Shown here in pieces: positions 61,921 through 64,000 of a stretch of 64,000 bases of DNA. Source of the DNA: Octopus bimaculoides (lineage: Eukaryota). Within the stretch, counting starts at the first letter, position 1. Each line of letters begins with the position of its first letter. Both the position numbers and the translations under genes were made by a program. Where the stretch lies: the NCBI RefSeq assembly GCF_001194135.2, contig NC_068987.1, positions 42,100,020 through 42,164,019 of the forward strand, in the 5' to 3' direction. The notes beneath the pieces are model-generated. The model was given only the letters and a program-made list of their open reading frames with translations, did not search any database and had not been told where the DNA came from.

Positions 61921-64000
61921 GCGGTACATAATGTCAGAAATCCTTCGAATATTTTTTTGTAATATAATTATGGATAAGATGAAGTCATCAATTCTACATT
62001 TAAAACGAAATGAATACAATCTCAAAATCTTCAATGTTTGTTTTGTTTATTCCTCTTCTGTATTGACGAAACTTTAACATGTTTTCATTTAGGGAAAAGG
62101 TGTTAAGAGGAATGCAAAACCTTTTATTTTGAGAAGTAAAAAATGGGCTGAAATATATTTGTGTTCATTTGACAAACGGTCCTCTTATTACTTTTTTGTA
62201 TGTGGAAATCTGTTGAGGCTCATAGCAGTTCATAGGAAGTTGTGCAGGCATAACTACAGATTGGTGCCCTGTGACTTTATTTCGCCATAACTTCGGAAAG
62301 TAGTGCATATTTTGTAAATAAAATAATGTAGACAAGTTTTCGACGATATTGATTACAATTATGTTGATAAAATTTAGGATAAACTGAGAGAAGAATTGGA
62401 TTGTTCCTCTCGCCTTGACTTGACTTACTGCCTACGTCCAGAATGAGAGCGTTTTTCACTTTTCCGTTTCCAAATAATTAGTTGAAATTCTAACAAACGT
62501 CCTACAAAATGACATTCGAAAATATGAATTTTAAAGAGAGTTCTAAGAAAACAAACTTGGGAGAAGAGAACCCCCAAAAGCGCATTTCTTCCAAATTTCA
62601 TTGAAAAGTATGCACTTTTCAGAAAGGGAGCAATGATGAGTAGAGGCAGTAAACTATGTATGAAATAAGGTCATGAGTCACGAGGGAATTAGACCATTGA
62701 TGTTTCAAGCAAGATCCTGTTACAGAACTCATCTTCATGATGCAAGACCAAATTCTTATTTTAATCAATGTTTTTAACTTTTTCATTGATAATGTTAAAA
62801 CATCACTAGTTCCTGAAGGTTCTAAGTTTAGTTTATTTGTACTACTCAGAAAATCATTAGTTACTCAGTACTCTCCAGACTATCCACAGTCCTGCCAGTA
62901 GTACAACTTGTCCCACTTCTTATCATATACTTTGTCCTATACTGTTGTGAACAGTAACCCCATCCCTTCACAAGATGAGGTCAGTCCTCACCTTCAGGAA
63001 TCTCATTGGTCCACTATTTAGTTGTCTACAACATAGTTTAGGGTTTCAGAAATCCTTAGCAGAATGTCAGCATTGCATAAGTTATTGGATCGCTTTACAA
63101 TATGGCTGAACCATTTCAGTCACTTCTTGATACCTCAATAATTTTGTATACCATATGAAGAGCTGTGTAAGGAAATATTACTACACTTGTTTTGTAGTAA
63201 TATTCATTATAGTGTTTGCAGTCTATAAACTGTAAACTCTATCTTTCATAAACTTTTTAAGATTTTATGTTTTCTGTTTCTGTGAGGTAGATGTAATAAG
63301 GAGAACAAGGGCATAGTGCAACCTAACATTGAGTCACTAGTGGGTATCCCATCTGCTCTTGATCTTGTTTCTTAGTCTTCCAAACATAGTAGTTTGTGAG
63401 TCTTCTTTTCACATATTCTGTGCAATTTGGTTGTATTCTGTCAGGAAACAATATTGGTATTTGATATTGATATTTTACTGATTTAATACATACAAATTGT
63501 TTTAAAATTCATTTTGCTTGATTAGGCCAAAGGGAGTAAGAAAATATACAGTGATTTCAATAAGTCATATTTTTGAATTAACAATTAAATTGAACTTCAA
63601 AGCTTCATCAGAGAGTCAGTAAGTCCATAATGGTAAGAATACAAGGTAAAAAGTAAAGAAGTAAAGTCCAAGGCTATATTCAGAAGGACCTCCAAAGTAG
63701 AAACAGCTGTAAGAGTGGAGTTGTATTTATTTATTCCTATGATTATAATAAATAAATTTTACTGATGTATGTCAACTGAATCTCATCTCCATTTTCTTCC
63801 TTCCCTTATATAAATTCTGGATAAAATTTTGTTTGCCTCCACTTGTACCTACTATTCAGTTGTATTATTGCCTTGCAACAGTAAGTCTTTGAATATAAAC
63901 AGGTATCCTACCAGTAGTATATTGGACATTTCTTATCCCTCAGATAGTTGTCTAACCTCTAAAACTTATATATACTATATATATATATATATATATATAT

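Noticed and set aside
61900-64000. Divergent head-to-head gene (ODR4 in vertebrates)
   Set aside because: No plus-strand exon with recognisable homology. The ORF at 61889-62077 is not convincing.

Overview
AT-rich animal genomic DNA with six N-gaps. The repeat families (RTE LINEs with (GAT)n tails, tRNA-derived SINEs) suggest an octopus or other coleoid; this is inference from recognition, not a database hit. The only host gene is on the minus strand: the 5' part of TPR (nucleoprotein TPR/Megator/Mlp, nuclear basket coiled-coil). I traced 18 coding exons by hand from the ATG at 61821 to 1755, about 603 codons. All visible splice sites are canonical GT-AG, and phases are consistent if the gap-hidden end of exon 6 is phase 0. 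The gene continues past the left edge. The introns are layered with decayed transposons: at least 8 RTE copies, CR1-like LINEs, an L1/Tx1 LINE, a Gypsy pol, mariner DD34D, maT DD37D, Tigger, hAT/Buster, MITEs and SINEs. The most unusual items are: (1) a tRNA-headed SINE whose tail carries a minimal hammerhead-ribozyme motif of Penelope type, with a second copy inside a fold-back in TPR sense; (2) a young 179-bp fold-back element with 77-bp arms, inward telomeric repeats and a 9-bp TSD in intron 1; (3) a C4HC3 PHD-like finger inserted inside the RT region of the RTE family; (4) an ORF1-only (HAL1-like) L1/Tx1 derivative. No prokaryotic system or CRISPR array is present.
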